A stretch of DNA of 64,000 nt from Marsupella aquatica (lineage: Eukaryota > Plantae > Marchantiophyta): contig OZ316892.1 in NCBI GenBank assembly GCA_973895155.1, positions 18,528,357-18,592,356 on the forward strand, given 5' to 3'. Below, one piece after another: positions 14,492-28,173 of this stretch. The translations under genes and the position numbers were made by a program. The notes under the pieces were generated by a model. The model saw only the letters and a program-made list of their open reading frames with translations. It was not told where the DNA came from and ran no database searches. How positions within the stretch are numbered: position 1 is the stretch's first letter; every line of letters begins with the position of its first letter.

Positions 14492-17400
14492 AACCCGAAG
14501 TCGGACACCAGGAGGCTAGCTCTTCACAGTCGAGGGACCGGTATACTGAAGATGATTTACTGACCAGTTACTATCAGGATCCCCAAAGGGTGTCCAAACT
14601 CCCCAACAACAATAGCTGAAACTGCGTTACACTGCAAGACAGTTTTTGTCATGACTAGGCACCAAACGACGAGTGACCAGCTTAGAAGCACAGGACTACG
14701 GACAGAGCGCAGGTTATTTCCAACAAGACTAGTGACCACACTAGTTGCACAATACCAGGGATTAGACTTATCCCTAGCTGCACCAGGCAGGACAAGTGAC
14801 CAGAAATGGGCACAACTTAATGACAATTTGTTTCAATGTACATCAAACATATCTGCATAAATTATCTTTGAAACCTGTGTAAACCTGGCTTAAGGGCGTT
14901 TAGTTTTAAGGGTCATGCATGGTGCCTAGTCAACAAATGGAGCACGTCACTGAGAGCAGAACAGAGGAATTAATGCCCAACGTTTGGCCCTGAATGAAGT
15001 TGTCTACCCTTCGAGGCCACAAAAGGCCGAACCGGCATGTGAAGTACGTAAACTAGACATGCATATGATAGGACATGCCCCTTGTCAGAACCTCTACGCG
15101 TCTACTTCAGAGGGGCTCGGCAAAGCCTAGGTGGATGGATCTCCAGTCCCCGCTCCAGTCTCGGCGCCCAAACAGATAGTGGAATCTTCATTTCGAGGAG
15201 AGAGCTGGGAGTTGCCAACTTGACGAAACCCAAATAGGAACTTTTAAAATCTGAATAGAAATCTGAACTCTTTGCATTTTTTGGAGACTGATATCCCCAA
15301 AAACAATTTACATAGGTGGATTACACAAGCAATGGGATGAAGCTAATTTCAAAAACATCCCTTTTAGTAAACATCCAAGCAGAAGGCCAGCTCTGAATGG
15401 GTAGCTTTGCCTCCGTTTTTCCAGCAAGACAGTCTTCCAGAAAGAGTGGACAAAACTTCTGGAGCACTCATAATGCTCCGACACTCTACGTACCCCTATT
15501 CTGCTATTTTCTTTCACCACGATAGTACATAGTGAGTCGCAAATCGTAATCCCTCTGTGATTTAACTCACCTTGAGGCTCCCAGTCTTTCGCTAAAGGAG
15601 CCAACAGTTGTTTTGACGACAAAATCTATAGCTTATTAATGGCTTAACATGCAGGTCAGTAGCTGCAGAAAAAACAAGGTTGATTGGCTGCACAATCAAT
15701 CAGCGATCACGGAAAACGCTTTTAACGGGCAGTGTGCATCCATAGTATTTTAGTAAGCAATATTTGATACCTTGGTAGTACTCCGAGCACCACAACTTCC
15801 ATCTTGCATCTGAACCATTAGCATTGAGGCTGTTGCTGTTGCTGATCGACACTCTCACTTGGATTGTTAGATACCATCCCGATATTCCCCTGCATCGGAG
15901 GCCCTACATGAGACTGGAGTTATTGCAGCGCATCTGATAAATCCTGTGTTAGATTCATTGTGACCTGCTCCGATTGCAGGCCGGTACTAACTGGAATCAG
16001 AAGTTTGAGTCCATCATTAGCTCCAGGCCGCTCATTAGCTCCAATAAGTACTCACCCCTGGCCGGTACTGGAATCAGAAGTGAGTCCCCTTAGATAACTG
16101 TCCTTTCAATAACTCTAATAAGTACATCTGTCCGACCTCTTTGCCCTTGCATGGCTCCGGCAGAAATCCCCCCCCAGGACCTCTTGGTCTACGCAGAGCT
16201 TGTCGTGAATCATGAGTGTATTTCGTGACAGATTTATTCCCCGCTCCTTTCTTTGCGTTGCTCTTTCCTCTGCTTTCTTTGCTCGAACCTTTCTGCGCAT
16301 TATAATTTAGTTGGTATTGTTTGGCATTGACATAATTATGTCACGGCCTCTGGAACCCTATCTGCCATCTGGACCCCAATAATGTATTCTGAAAAGAAAA
16401 TCCTGATCAAAGGATAGATGGATTGAATGGGCTCAAGACGAGTTTCAGGACCAAGAGTGATATTGGAATGAGAACCTGAAATCAACCACCATTCCTGTGA
16501 GAGTACCAATCAAGCAATACCATAATGTCACTATTAAAAAAGCATAAAACTCTGTCAGCCTACACAAAGTAAACCCCATGGGCCACTTACTGAGAAATTG
16601 CTCTTGATCTGCATGTGTGGTATATGTGTATACTTCGAGGAGTTCTGCCAGGTTAGTATCAGTCAGTGCTACCCAGTAATAACCCCGATTCACTGACTCA
16701 CTGACTACAAATAGACCCTGTGGTACCCACTGACGAGAAAAAAACCCTCAGTGTCCTTGAGTACTAGGAACACTGACTACTAACATATATACCTTGCGGT
16801 TGCACAGGAGGAATTCTCAGGCTATCAGCAGGCCGTGCTACACATTGCTAATTAGGGATTTGTTTGATGGACCCCAAAAATGAAACCTGTTACTTGATAA
16901 TACCCTTGAATGATCAAGTCGGTTGATTGACCTTGAATCTTTACTTTATAGTACCTCTGAGTGATTCAGACCTTAACATACCCAAAATTAGTTAGTACAC
17001 TTGAGTGATTCAGACCCATTGACCTTGAATAAACATACCCAAAATTAGTTCATGGACCCCTAACTGCTGCCAATTAGTTTTCATAGCTTACAAGAAATCT
17101 TGTTGAACATTTTGACCTCAGATGCTCTCTAATTGGACAACCCATAAAAGTGATCCCATCACAGATTCCACCCATCCATGCAACAACAGCAACTCACTTG
17201 GATTCTAGTGCAAAGCCTACGTACATCAGGATTGATTGTATGTAACCCCCGTCTCCTCTTTTTCTCCACTAGCTGCCTCGATACGGTGATTACACCAGAT
17301 TGAACACTGACCAGACCATGACGCTCTGATTGGATTCTACTCGGTCGAGTTCTTTCTTCTCTCTCTTTGTCCCTCTCTGTCTCTCTTTATCAATCAATCT

Positions 17401-17689
17401 TTCAATCAATATCTAATGATGAACCCAACCCAAACATTCTAATACAGGATTGTCATCCTAATTCTTGAAATGGCATTTCTTTATTCTTTTTTTCATTCCT
17501 TCAAATATTTTATTGTGGGTAACTTGGAAGTTTGAATCCAAATGCCCCTCCCCATTTCTCAAATTTATAAGAACCAAATCGGTTGAGTGCCCATGTTCTT
17601 GTTGGTAATAAAAAAATTAGATTCATTCTCAGACAATGTTATTATTTTTAAAATGCCTCTAAGTGTTTAGTACAAAAAGTTTATTAAGA

Positions 17690-18330
17690 GATGAGTGAGA
17701 AACGAGATCATGATTTTCTGAATTTCTATTGGTTTTGTATGAGTATCACATTGAAATTCAACACATTTTGTCAAGTACTAAGTAAACCATGACTTAATTA
17801 CCAATTTTTCTAGTTTTCAATGAGCTTCAAATTCACAAATTTTGTCAAGTTCCAAATGAATTTTGAATTTCTATGCCTTCCAATGAGTGTGGCAATAACA
17901 AATTTTGATCATGAGTTCATGAATTTTTCTAGATTTCCAACAGACAAACTGATGTCCAACATTAACAACTTTCATTGTATATTTAATTTGTCATGATACT
18001 AAAGAGATTATCTAAAGAGATTATGAGTTTTTCAATGTCTCTAACTTTCTAATTTGTGACATTGGTAATATTTGTCAATAATTAGAGGAGATCATGAGTA
18101 TCCAAATTCCTCTAGCTTTCCAATGAACCTAACATTGATAGATTTTGTCAAGTACTAAGCAGATGATGAGTTTCTAATTTTGCTATAGTTTTCCAATGAG
18201 TGTGACATTGAGAGATTTTATCAAGACAATACTATAGAGATCATGAGTCTCTAAATATTGATCTTGAACTTTCCACCGAATCTAACATGACATATTTCAT
18301 CAAATACTAAGGAGATTTATTATTTAGTTT
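17690..18330. repeat. Degenerate AT-rich satellite-like repeat (~60-65 bp); related copies at ~5320-5460
   Basis: Recurrent motifs aacattgatagattttgtcaagtactaag, gagat(c/t)atgag and ttccaatgag. Confidence 0.6.
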
Positions 18331-20231
18331 TACAATGTGAAGCTAAAGGGGTTCTAACTATGTACAATTCTATCGATTTGTTTTTTAAAACTTGCAAAGA
18401 ATTAAAAAATATATAATTTTTTTGATATAAAACATTGATATATCATTGACAAACATCAGAATGATAATAATTTTATTTCATGGTTATAGTGTAAAAATAT
18501 GACATCGCTTCCTTTGTATTCTGGTTTTTAACACTTAATACTTACCGTATGATACCCCATAATTTTCACGAATATGGACACAAACATGACAAGCTAGTCC
18601 CTTTCTGTTTTTCAGAAAATTTGCTGTGTCTAGCTTGTTTGTCACCATCCTCAGATGTGGCACATCCGGGTGCCAGGGAATTTGGAAGGGACCCCTATTA
18701 TAACTAAGAGTAAACCCAACCTTAATTTATTGTAGTACAGACAATAGGCATCACAACCTTACTTGTTAATCACATGGATTGGCCTTTTCAAACTCATACA
18801 ACCTGGATCCATTTATAATTTCTTTATTTTCAGCTAATTTTCAGCCCAACAAGGTTTAAGGATACTGGTTTTTGTTTGTTGCTGCGGGGGACTCTTGCCC
18901 GGGACTGTCAATATTTTTTGTCTTTTTGGTCTTCCTGGGTTTTTACTGTCCTTAATTACTCCCTTTTATTGGGTCTGCCTTTGGGATGTGTTTCCTATTT
19001 GGGCGCCTAAAGTTGTTTGGCAGTGTGAAGTATTAAGATTATTGTTTGAGGATCTTTGGCCTGTACAATTGTAACGGCAGGGTTCTTGTTCTAGTTCAAT
19101 TAGCGGGGGTTATTAGTGTGACTGCTGCTGTAGATTGCAGATTCAACTTATTTAAGCCCCACTCAACTGGCGGTGTCTCATGCATTTCGCCTTCAACGTT
19201 CTGCTAACTTTCGGTGCTATTTTTGTAACTGCGGGGGATTGGTGTTGCATTTGGTTTGCACGATGCTCAAGCTCGGCAGGGTTCTGAATATTCTTGATCA
19301 ATGAGTGAGGGTTAGTACTGTAATACGTGACTGCTGATTTACTCTGTAGGTTTAGCTCATGCAGTTTAGGCCCCCTCAATTGGCACGGTCTTGTGCATTT
19401 TGCCTTCAACCTTCTGCGAACTTTTGGTGCGATCTTTGTAATCTCACGGGATTGGTGGTGCATTTAGGTTGCTCATTCAAGCTGTCCAGAGGTACGCTTT
19501 GCGTGTTCCAATCTAAGCGGTACGCTTTGCAAAGCGACTTCCGATTTCAAGAGGTACGCTTTGTGAATTCCGATATATCCCCTCGAAGGATAGAGCAGTA
19601 GTATGTTTCATCTTTTCCAAGTAGTTTGCTGCAGATTTTGAGATTGTAAGCTAGGTTTTGGTCTTTGAAATATATAGCACCATCATAATTCATCTGGTTT
19701 TTTGGAGGCAAAAAAGAATATATTGCACCAAGCTAGTAGGATGTTTTCGGCGGAATTAATTCTTGCCTCTTGCCATCGAAAACTTCTAGGTACTTATAGG
19801 TCATCCCAATCAATTTGAAGGTGCACTTGACATCTTTCCAGCAATGTTGCAGGAAATATACAGTTACCAGGCGCGCTTGTGTGTTGACCTACATGGGTAG
19901 TCTTCCAACTTTTGCACATCTGCAGTAGATTACACACCAGTTTCAGAGCTATATTAGCTTGATTTTTGAGCAAATTGAATCGTCGGGCAATCGTCGGGCA
20001 ACCAGATGGGGAAATTGAATCGTCGGGCAACCAGAGTGGGAAATCAGACTGTCGACAAAACTTTCACAGGACGACTCCTCTGACTACTTGACCAGTGAGA
20101 AAATTGAATGTTTGAAAAAGAATGCTAGTGCTTGCCAGTGGAAAGGGGAATTGTAAGTACTGCCAGATAACCCAGACCAAACTGAGTATTGAAAATTTGT
20201 AGTTGACAAGTGGAAGGAATCGAAGCGGAAA

Positions 20232-21857
20232 ATGCAGAGTAATGACGATGATCTACTTCCAGCCCACCACAACTTTGGGGGAGTTGCAAATGGAGTAAAG
20301 ATGACTGGCAAACTCCACGAGTGCGAGGACATCAGAAGAAAGGGGATCTCGCTTGGAGAGGCAGATCGCCGACAGAAACGGAATCACCACTCTAAAGAAG
20401 CTGTGTTGAGCCTTAGGTACGTAATGTGTACGGCTTCGATCGTTTTCATGATTTTTGAATACAATTCAAGGCCACAAGTATACCATTATATAGATAATTG
20501 TGTATATATATCGACAGAGTAGAAAAACTTTCTAGTACAAAGCGTTTTACACATTTTTCACGCGGGTTCAAGGTCTGACATTTGTATTGGATTACTTACG
20601 AAGACACTACGCATACTTTAAAATAATTCCTTCCCGATGAAATGCAGAAACTTCTATAATAACGAAACTCCTTATCCCGACGATAGGCAGCTTTACAAGC
20701 TTTCGAAGCTTCCCAATCTTTCTGGGCTCACAATAAAGCAGGTACAATTTTAATTTACATGTGAGGCCGCTCAAGTAATAACATGGACCCAGAAAGTTTC
20801 ATTTGGGATCGAGCTAGCTACCTGAAAATAAATGAATGATAAAATCTTCAGTAGCATAACACTTTCCAGTCAGCATTCACCTTCACAAAAGTTCTCGGAA
20901 ACTTTGTGCAGATTAACACATGGTTTTGCAACGAAAGGGAGAGGAAACGCCGGAATGGCACAGGCAGTGCTGGTGTTAACTACAAGACGCTAAACAACCA
21001 CCCTGACGCTGCAATCAATGTGTTAAGGTAGGAGATACCACCACAGCTCCCCAAATATTACCCAGGAGATAGTCCGTAGCTAGTTGACTGCATGCCTTTA
21101 CATTAAAATATACTTACATTGCATTGATATATTGTCAATAGATGGTAGTAGTACGTAATTAAGAAATCATAATTTGCAAGAGATTCTTGTTGTTTAAACT
21201 TTGAAGCTGGAACTTACAATATTTTGTAGTTAACTGTATGTAAGATACTGAGTACCCAGGTAGGGATTATATTGTTATGGTAGCTAGTATTGCTAGACCA
21301 TTGTAAGATTATCCCAGATTCTTGACCTTCTCGATAATGAAAACCTTGTGACCAATTAGAAACTTGACAACTCACATGGTGATTATTCAGGGCATGGGTG
21401 GATGCCCACCCGGGAAGTGGCCGGCCGACTGCGGAGGAGAAAATTCAGCTGGCTAACAAAGCCGAACTTACCCTGAAGAAAGTAATTAAAGACATTCACA
21501 CCAGCGTTCTTTCTCTCAGTTCCGGCTAGCAGAAATAGAAGAAGCCAACAACTCTTACATGTGCAGCATCTTACTAATAACCTGGAATCTTGAATGCAGG
21601 TGTCGTACTGGTTTGAAAATAATCGAAAGAATCACCGGAAACTTGCACTTAAACTTCAGAGGAATGAACAGGTCGACATTGAAGTAAATGAGGCAATACT
21701 TGGCACCTCAGAATTTGAGTCACCAGACCCCAGAGAAAATGCAGAAGTCGTGCAACAAACAGGAGATGACCTAGAACCTCTCCAAGACAAGAATTCTAGC
21801 GATGATATGGATGATTGGGATCTAGATCTATGGGAGTCTTGCATCGATCAACGATAG
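20232..21857 (+). CDS. Double-homeodomain transcription factor (TALE/BELL-like, divergent); exons 20232-20416, 20648-20741, 20912-21027, 21391-21481, 21600-21857
   Basis: In-frame GT-AG splicing gives HD1 RQKRNHHSKEAVLSLR/NFYNNETPYPDDRQLYKLSKLPNLSGLTIKQ/INTWFCNERERKRR and HD2 NHPDAAINVLR/AWVDAHPGSGRPTAEEKIQLANKAELTLKK/VSYWFENNRK; both have the WFxNxR helix 3; acidic C-terminus. Confidence 0.82.
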
Positions 21858-23289
21858 CTAGCGTTCATATTCTAAAGATGTCGATCACGTCACGTCTAGT
21901 CTAGCTCTCTCTGAGTATTCTCATTTTCGTTTGTTTTGATTCATCACGTCCTTTGAGTGTAGCACTCTATGAGTCTTTTCATTTTCGTTGTAGGTTCTGA
22001 TCTTACCGTAGAACATCCCAATAATTTCGAACAAGCGGAACCTCTTGTAACTGGATTTGGGGGAAATACGCAAATTAAGGTCTTTCGACCAACACTGGTA
22101 GAGAGGTAGCTCCCTATCTTGCTCAGGAGAGGTAGGAATTGCTGTAATTCGATCAGATTGAGATTGTGTCTGCCAAGGTGATGTCACGATGTATCTAATC
22201 TTTTAATGGATTTCGATTGAGCTACTTAATTTGCTCATCTGAAAGACCTCATCTCATGCCTATTGAGCTAGTGCCTGTGAAATATAAACTTGATTCTCGG
22301 CAGAGTATATCTTTGTGAGAAACATGCCCGAAAATTGATCTTCTGAGGAAACATGATCGATGAACTGATCGAGCTTTGGCCTCCCAGATTCATTCTCTTA
22401 TTTACTAAGTGATCGTGAATCTCTAGATCGATACATGCATGAAAGATCGACTGAATTCTTCCCGATCTTCAGCGAGCTGAAGTTGTACGTCCTAATGAAT
22501 GTGCAAATCTTCTAGTACGTGTTGGAGTCTTTATATGGGCGTGTCATGTGGTTCCGTATTTAGAATTCGAGCAGTGGACCTGTGCTGCTTCGAATACATC
22601 GAATCTGTGTGAAGTTACCCAATCAGCTACTTCAAATTGATTACACCCCCCTTTGAGAACCTTGTATTCAGCCTAGATCCATGAGCAAGACAGTAGGTTC
22701 CTTTTAGAACTCCACGTGATTGGGTCACGGAGAGTGTGAAGCCTTGGAGTCGAAGAGACATTCATTGAGAAGAATTGAAAGCGCCGATGTCATGGTACGG
22801 TGCAACTTATATATATACCTAGCTAGCCTGACAATATGCATGGCCGAATGGAGAATGATGCGCGCAGTAGTTGTGGGTGAGCCATGAAACGGCTCACAAG
22901 CCCCACGGAGAGAGATATCCGACGCTGGTAAGTACGGATCGATATAAGCTTGCCAACTAATTTCGAGTAGGAAGTAGGGTCGATGTTATAGGTTACGCCG
23001 GTATGTACGGTGTCTCAGACAAAAGAGTAAGGCCTTCTGGAGTAGCAATGGAATAGTATCATCCATTCCCTACTCTGAGAATAGTTAAAGCGCAAAAAGA
23101 ATCAATGCTTTTAACAGGGCCGAAACCCCTCATTTCGTATTTGGTCTGAGATGATTTTTCAGATCTGAAGTGCTAGTGGAGCGGTTGCCCGTGATTAGTG
23201 AATGATCGACTAAGAGAAGATCAAATGAAAGCTAGATGAAACTCAAACTTCTGCTGAGAAATGTAGAGCTTAGGATCGAGATCATGAGC

Positions 23290-23365
23290 AAATGGAGCGA
23301 ATAAATGAGTCAATTTCTTCATACCAGGCTAGTGGGCTTTCTTCGAGTCCATATACAGATGGATT
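23290..23365 (-). mobile_element. Degenerate Ty1/copia reverse transcriptase fragment (copy at ~33270-33345)
   Basis: SVYGLEESPLAWYEEIDSF / SIYGLKESPLAWYE resembles the copia RVT_2 motif SLYGLKQSPRAWY. Confidence 0.5.
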
Positions 23366-24669
23366 TCCGGCCGGAGTTCCAGAGTCCAGGTTTTCCTGTC
23401 CTGCAGAAGGAACCTGAAATATAAAGCATACAAATGATTTTCCTGCGAGTACCATTTTGAAATCCGTGACAACATCCATGTGATAAATTTCCCACTGGCA
23501 GTGGCAATGGCAACAATGCCTAACTGCGGACAAGGTAGCGAAAACCTAGGTAAACCTATCATCACTGACAGTGGACCAGGGAAAATCTATATAAGCAAAC
23601 CTTCCATGACTATTGTCTAGCCCTTCGCGCTATTCGTTTCCTCCAGAATCAACGTACGTACAATGGCCTTGAATTTGATATTGCCCCTGGTCAATCTTCG
23701 CTGATCCACTCCTCGAATCGAATATTCCAGAGATCTCTGTACTACTCTATCTAGATCTACAACAAAGTGTCGAACAGTCCTCTAGTCTAACAGGCATTTT
23801 GGGTTAGATCATCTTGCTTGTCAACCCAGGTTTTTCCATGCATGGTTACCACAAATTCACCAAAAACTGAAACCTGCTCAACGTACACTTCTGAGATTTA
23901 ATATGATAATTCTGCAAAGCTACTGCACTCATCCAAGCAAAATATGGCTCCTCAAATGAACCCTTGAGTACACTGTTTTTATCTACAGTATAAAAACTAT
24001 AAGAAAGCGTTGTGCCAAAAATTGCCATGGTCGTGTTGAAAAATGCAGGGCTGTTTAGGTTAGAAATTTTTTAAAGTTCTAAACAAGAGAAATCAAAGCA
24101 ATAAAGCCTGAAAGAAATTTCCCGTACACTAAAGTGCTGCAACCCTCACTCCGCGCCGCAACGAGCAAGCCAGCCTGACAACGAGCAAGCCAGACAGGAT
24201 CAAGGCCCAACACCCGACGAGGAGTCATGCCCTATGTTGGACGGAGGCCCGAGCCAGTCCTGACTATGGAGCCAGGCCTCGAGCAAGGCTCGACGTTGGA
24301 GAAAGGCCCAAGGAGCGAGGCCTGAGTGGGGCCCGACTTTGCGTGACGGCGGTGGAGCCACGAGGAGCAGGAGAAAAGGAGGAGCAGGAGAAAGGGAGGA
24401 GCTACAACTTGCAAGGAGAGACGGATGAGGTAGGCCCGATTCGTGAGGGCGGGAGGAGCCAGGCCCGACGAGTTGTAAAGTGGCTGATTAATTAAATGCT
24501 ATCCTACTATTATGGTAAGGATGCCGTAATGCTATTGTAAAGCAATACACACCTGGTTATATCAGCATGGCATCAAGGCTTCCAAGCCTTCTTAAAGCCG
24601 TACCCTGTCTGTCACAAATCCCAAAGCTGCTGCTCGCAAGCCCGTGCATCTGTCAATCATCGTTCTGGT

Positions 24670-24969
24670 CTCAGGGGTCTCACTATATGGATGCCTCCGC
24701 ATCACATTGCGATGTTTTTAGGCCTTGGACCCCACAAAATGTAAGAAAAATAATTTATTTTTCAATCCTTATAAAGTTATAATATTCTTGGAATTAATTC
24801 CAAAAATTTGGTTATAAGGACCTTAATGTTCTTATAAGTCTCAAAAAATATTTTAAAAGACCCTATTGTTCTTCTCAAAAAATTCTTAAGTCTTCCATTT
24901 GAACCAATAAAATGATCCTATACTTTGTTGCACGTGATGTACCATTTTTGTAAAAGTGAAACCCCCGAG
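24670..24969. mobile_element. MITE with CTCRGGGG termini and 8-bp TSD
   Basis: ctcaggggtctcact...agtgaaacccccgag flanked by gttctggt (24662-24669) and gttctggc (24970-24977). Confidence 0.85.
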
Positions 24970-25313
24970 GTTCTGGCGCACTTGAAATGCATTAGCCCTG
25001 ATCGTTGAAAATTTCCGTCTGTTTCAAATTTCACACCCTTTAGGGCGCAAGACACGCCTAGCTAGCCTCCAACGCCACCCACTCCATAGCCCATTTGGCA
25101 TGCTTGTTATTCCTGCTTTCATTCGATTTCTGTACTTCGTAGCGTTCTTGCACTATGGAGAGAGCGTTTTGCCTTGCACTTCTCTGTCTCCAATGTTTTT
25201 CAGGTTGTGGTGAGCAAGACAACAGTCAATCAGGCCGCTTTCTTGTGGACCCACATTCTTCACGGTTCTGCATGTGGACACATCGTCAATGTTGGGGACC
25301 TTTTTACTTTTTC

Positions 25314-25850
25314 TGCCATAGACTTGAGTGCCTATTGTGGTTTGAGACGACCGTGCGGCTGGGAAGTGACAATTGGTGCAACCCTGCCTATTGCAATGAC
25401 AACAATGGTGTGTTTCTTACGCAATGCTGACTTGGATTTTGTGGCATGGGGCATAAGGTCCCCCGTTTGAGCTTGCAACTTGCGCCATGCAATCGTAGAC
25501 AGTTCTTCATAAACGCTAAACTCTAAACTGTCTATTTGAGTTATTGTTATGGGTTTGTGACAGTAACTTCCCCAATTTGCCATAGACTTCAGTCCTTTTG
25601 GGTTTTGACAATTGTGTGGTTGGGAAGCGGAGATTGGTGCAACACTGCCCCATGCAACAATGACGACAGTGTATTTCTTTGAGACAACCGTCCCCATGCT
25701 CTTCTCAATTAGATTTTGTGGCGGAAGCGGGTTTCGAAAGGTCCCCCATTTGAGCTTGCAACTTGGGCCATGTTATCATCATTTTTCATAAAAGCTAAAC
25801 TCTAAACTATTTGTTTGTGTTACCATTTTGGATTTATGATAGTAAGTTTC
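25314..25850. repeat. Diverged tandem duplication (~265-bp period)
   Basis: tgccatagactt...attggtgcaac...aggtccccc.tttgagcttgcaacttg.gccatg...gctaaactctaaact occurs twice. Confidence 0.7.
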
Positions 25851-25992
25851 TCATTTTGCAGTGAGTGGGATCTCGACAATTGTATAGTGTTGTGACCATG
25901 ATGCCTCAGTCATTTCAAGTCAGGCTAGGAAAAGCACGTTGCCTGTCCTGCCACCTGAAGTATGCGCATAGTTTCCTGAGGCACAAGAGAAT

Positions 25993-27552
25993 GTGCATTG
26001 GGTCCAGCAGAAAAACCCTTCCTTTCTCAAAACTTTAGGATCTGGTTACATTTGCAAGGTGATGACTAATGATAGTTGTACACATTTCATCCGAAGAACC
26101 TCCTTCCTGGATCACATGCAATCCTTACATCGCATGAACCCAGGAGAATGTAAAAAAGGTCATCCAAAGATCTCAGCCCGACAAAGGTGTGTAACTTTAT
26201 TTGCATTATATGTGACTATTCTGCCATGAATTTATGTGATGTTTTGTCATCTTCACTATTCTGGCATGCAAATGTTCAGGAATCCACCAAGTACAATTGA
26301 ACATAATAGAGAATCAACACTTGGGTCATTTTGTGGATGGGTGTGCAAGCAAAAGAGGCAGAAGTTGACATGGTGGTTACGCTCGGCACATAATTTGAAG
26401 ATCAACCATGAGGGGGATGAAACCGATTCATGGATAGTTCAGAAGGCAACAAAAAGTACCAACACTGGAGGCAATTGGCTGCCTTCACGAGCATATTGTC
26501 CAGTGTTAGGGACAACACATTGGCATTTTGGAACAAGCATAGTCCTGACATTAATTGATCCTGAGGAGATGCGTGCTAAGGTATGTTGCTTACCAAATTG
26601 CTCTGCCTCGTACATAACTGTTTGTTGGTGTTTGTCTACCATCACTTTCTTGTGATCTGAATTTTCAAATGATTGCATGTGTAAACATAGGTATGTTTGT
26701 CGGAATATGAACTCAAAGATTGGAGCAGCAATGATGGAATGCCTGAATGCAACTTGCAGCAAACCAATTTTCCGACTGAGAAGTATGTCTTCCACTTGCG
26801 GAAGGTAATAGAAAAGCCCATACAAAAGCCAGAAAAAAAACAGAACCAGAAGGCTAAGGGGAAGCCATCTCATGAAACAAACCCCCCCCCCCCCCCCCCC
26901 CCCCAACAAAGCCTACATCCAGGAGCAAGAAAAAAGCAATGCATGCAAAGCAGGAGCAGGCACAAGTTCAACCTGATAGAGAAGCAAGAGCAAAAAGAAG
27001 GGAAGCTCGTAACAATGACAAACCCACCAAAAAGGAAGAAACAAAAGAAGATGGTTGAATGTTACTGAGGTACTATGTCTTACTTAGTTTGTGAATTACT
27101 ATTTCACAAACTTTTTCTTTCGACAATTCATACTTCTTTGTTTCTATTGTTGTTCTGGTTTGCAAGCTTTCTCTAGAAGTCCGAAATTCATACTTGTTGT
27201 TTTCTATTGCTGTTCTGGTTTGCAAGCTTGCTCGTCCAACAATTCATACTTGTTTGTTCTTATTGTTGTTATGGCCGGTAGTAAGTGGCGGACAAGGAAG
27301 TCTTGGAAGCTACCAAAGAAGACCCCGACACTATCTGCCATGGAACAGAGCCTTCACATGAAGATAGTCATGGGGGAGGGACACTCAAGTACTGGTGATG
27401 AAGAAGAACAAGAAGTCCTGCAGAATGAATCCACCAAAAATCAAGCCAACAATGAAGAATATGCCTTTGAACTTTCGAAGGAAATGAAGCCAGAGATGGT
27501 CAAGGCACTGAATCAGGCTCCGAAAAAGCCATTGAACAAGCAACTATATTGA
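25993..27552 (+). pseudogene. Degenerate multi-exon ORF with a C2H2-like zinc finger and a Lys/Pro-rich region, probably transposon-associated
   Basis: YICKVMTNDSCTHFIRRTSFLDHMQSLH; exon-like blocks bounded by gt/ag; frame broken by stops; poly-C tract at 26882-26904. Confidence 0.3.
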
Positions 27553-27901
27553 AAATGAAACTGGATTATTTCCTAGACGATCAAGAATCCTACGAAAATG
27601 AAGGTGGAGGCACAAAAGAGCAAGAACCAGACTAGGGCAGTGAAACCTCTGCAGTACACACTGGTACAGAGCAGAGGATACTGAAAACACAAAAGCCACA
27701 AATGTGACGTCTACAGTTACTAAAGGTATGGGCACTTGCTAGTTATGTACACTCTTAACTTGAATTAAGTTTAGTTTGCTAGCACTGTACAGTTTAACTC
27801 AATTCTGTGTGGTAACACTTTAGTTCAATTCAATTTCTTATGTGTAGTAAGCTGGTTATGTGTAGTCTCAGTGTGCTAATGTTCACCCTAAGTTAATTGC
27901 A

Positions 27902-28173
27902 GTTCAGTCGCTATGACTTGTAATATCGATCATTGAAATTTAGGGCCATTGTGAGTTTTAATTCCATTTGTTCAGTCGCTATGACTTGTAATATCGATCA
28001 TTGAAATTTAGGGGCATAGTGAGTTTTAATTCCATTTGTTCAGTAGCTATGACTTGTAATATCGATCATTGAAATTTAGGGGCATTGTGAGTTTTAATTC
28101 CATTTGTTCAGTAGCTATGACTTGTAATATCGATCATTGAAATTTAGGGGCATTGTGAGTTTTAATTCCATTT
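27902..28173. repeat. Tandem repeat, 4 x 68 bp
   Basis: gttcagt(c/a)gctatgacttgtaatatcgatcattgaaatttaggg...gagttttaattccattt starting at 27902, 27970, 28038 and 28106. Confidence 0.95.

Larger units (their letters stand above)
18945..24333 (+). repeat. Segmental duplication copy 1 (contains the double-homeodomain gene)
   Basis: Colinear, high-identity match to 29319-34161, from actgtcc.taattactcccttttattgggtctgcc to gagcgaggcctgagtg.ggcc. Confidence 0.92.

Noticed and set aside
12700-16700. Possible decayed coding or retroelement sequence
   Set aside because: Only short ORFs with frequent stops; I could not recognise gag, RT or any other domain
19152-19601. ORFs with repeated peptides (TKIAPKV...KC.R..QL.G)
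   Set aside because: Explained by an old ~210-bp tandem DNA duplication; not kept open in duplication copy 2
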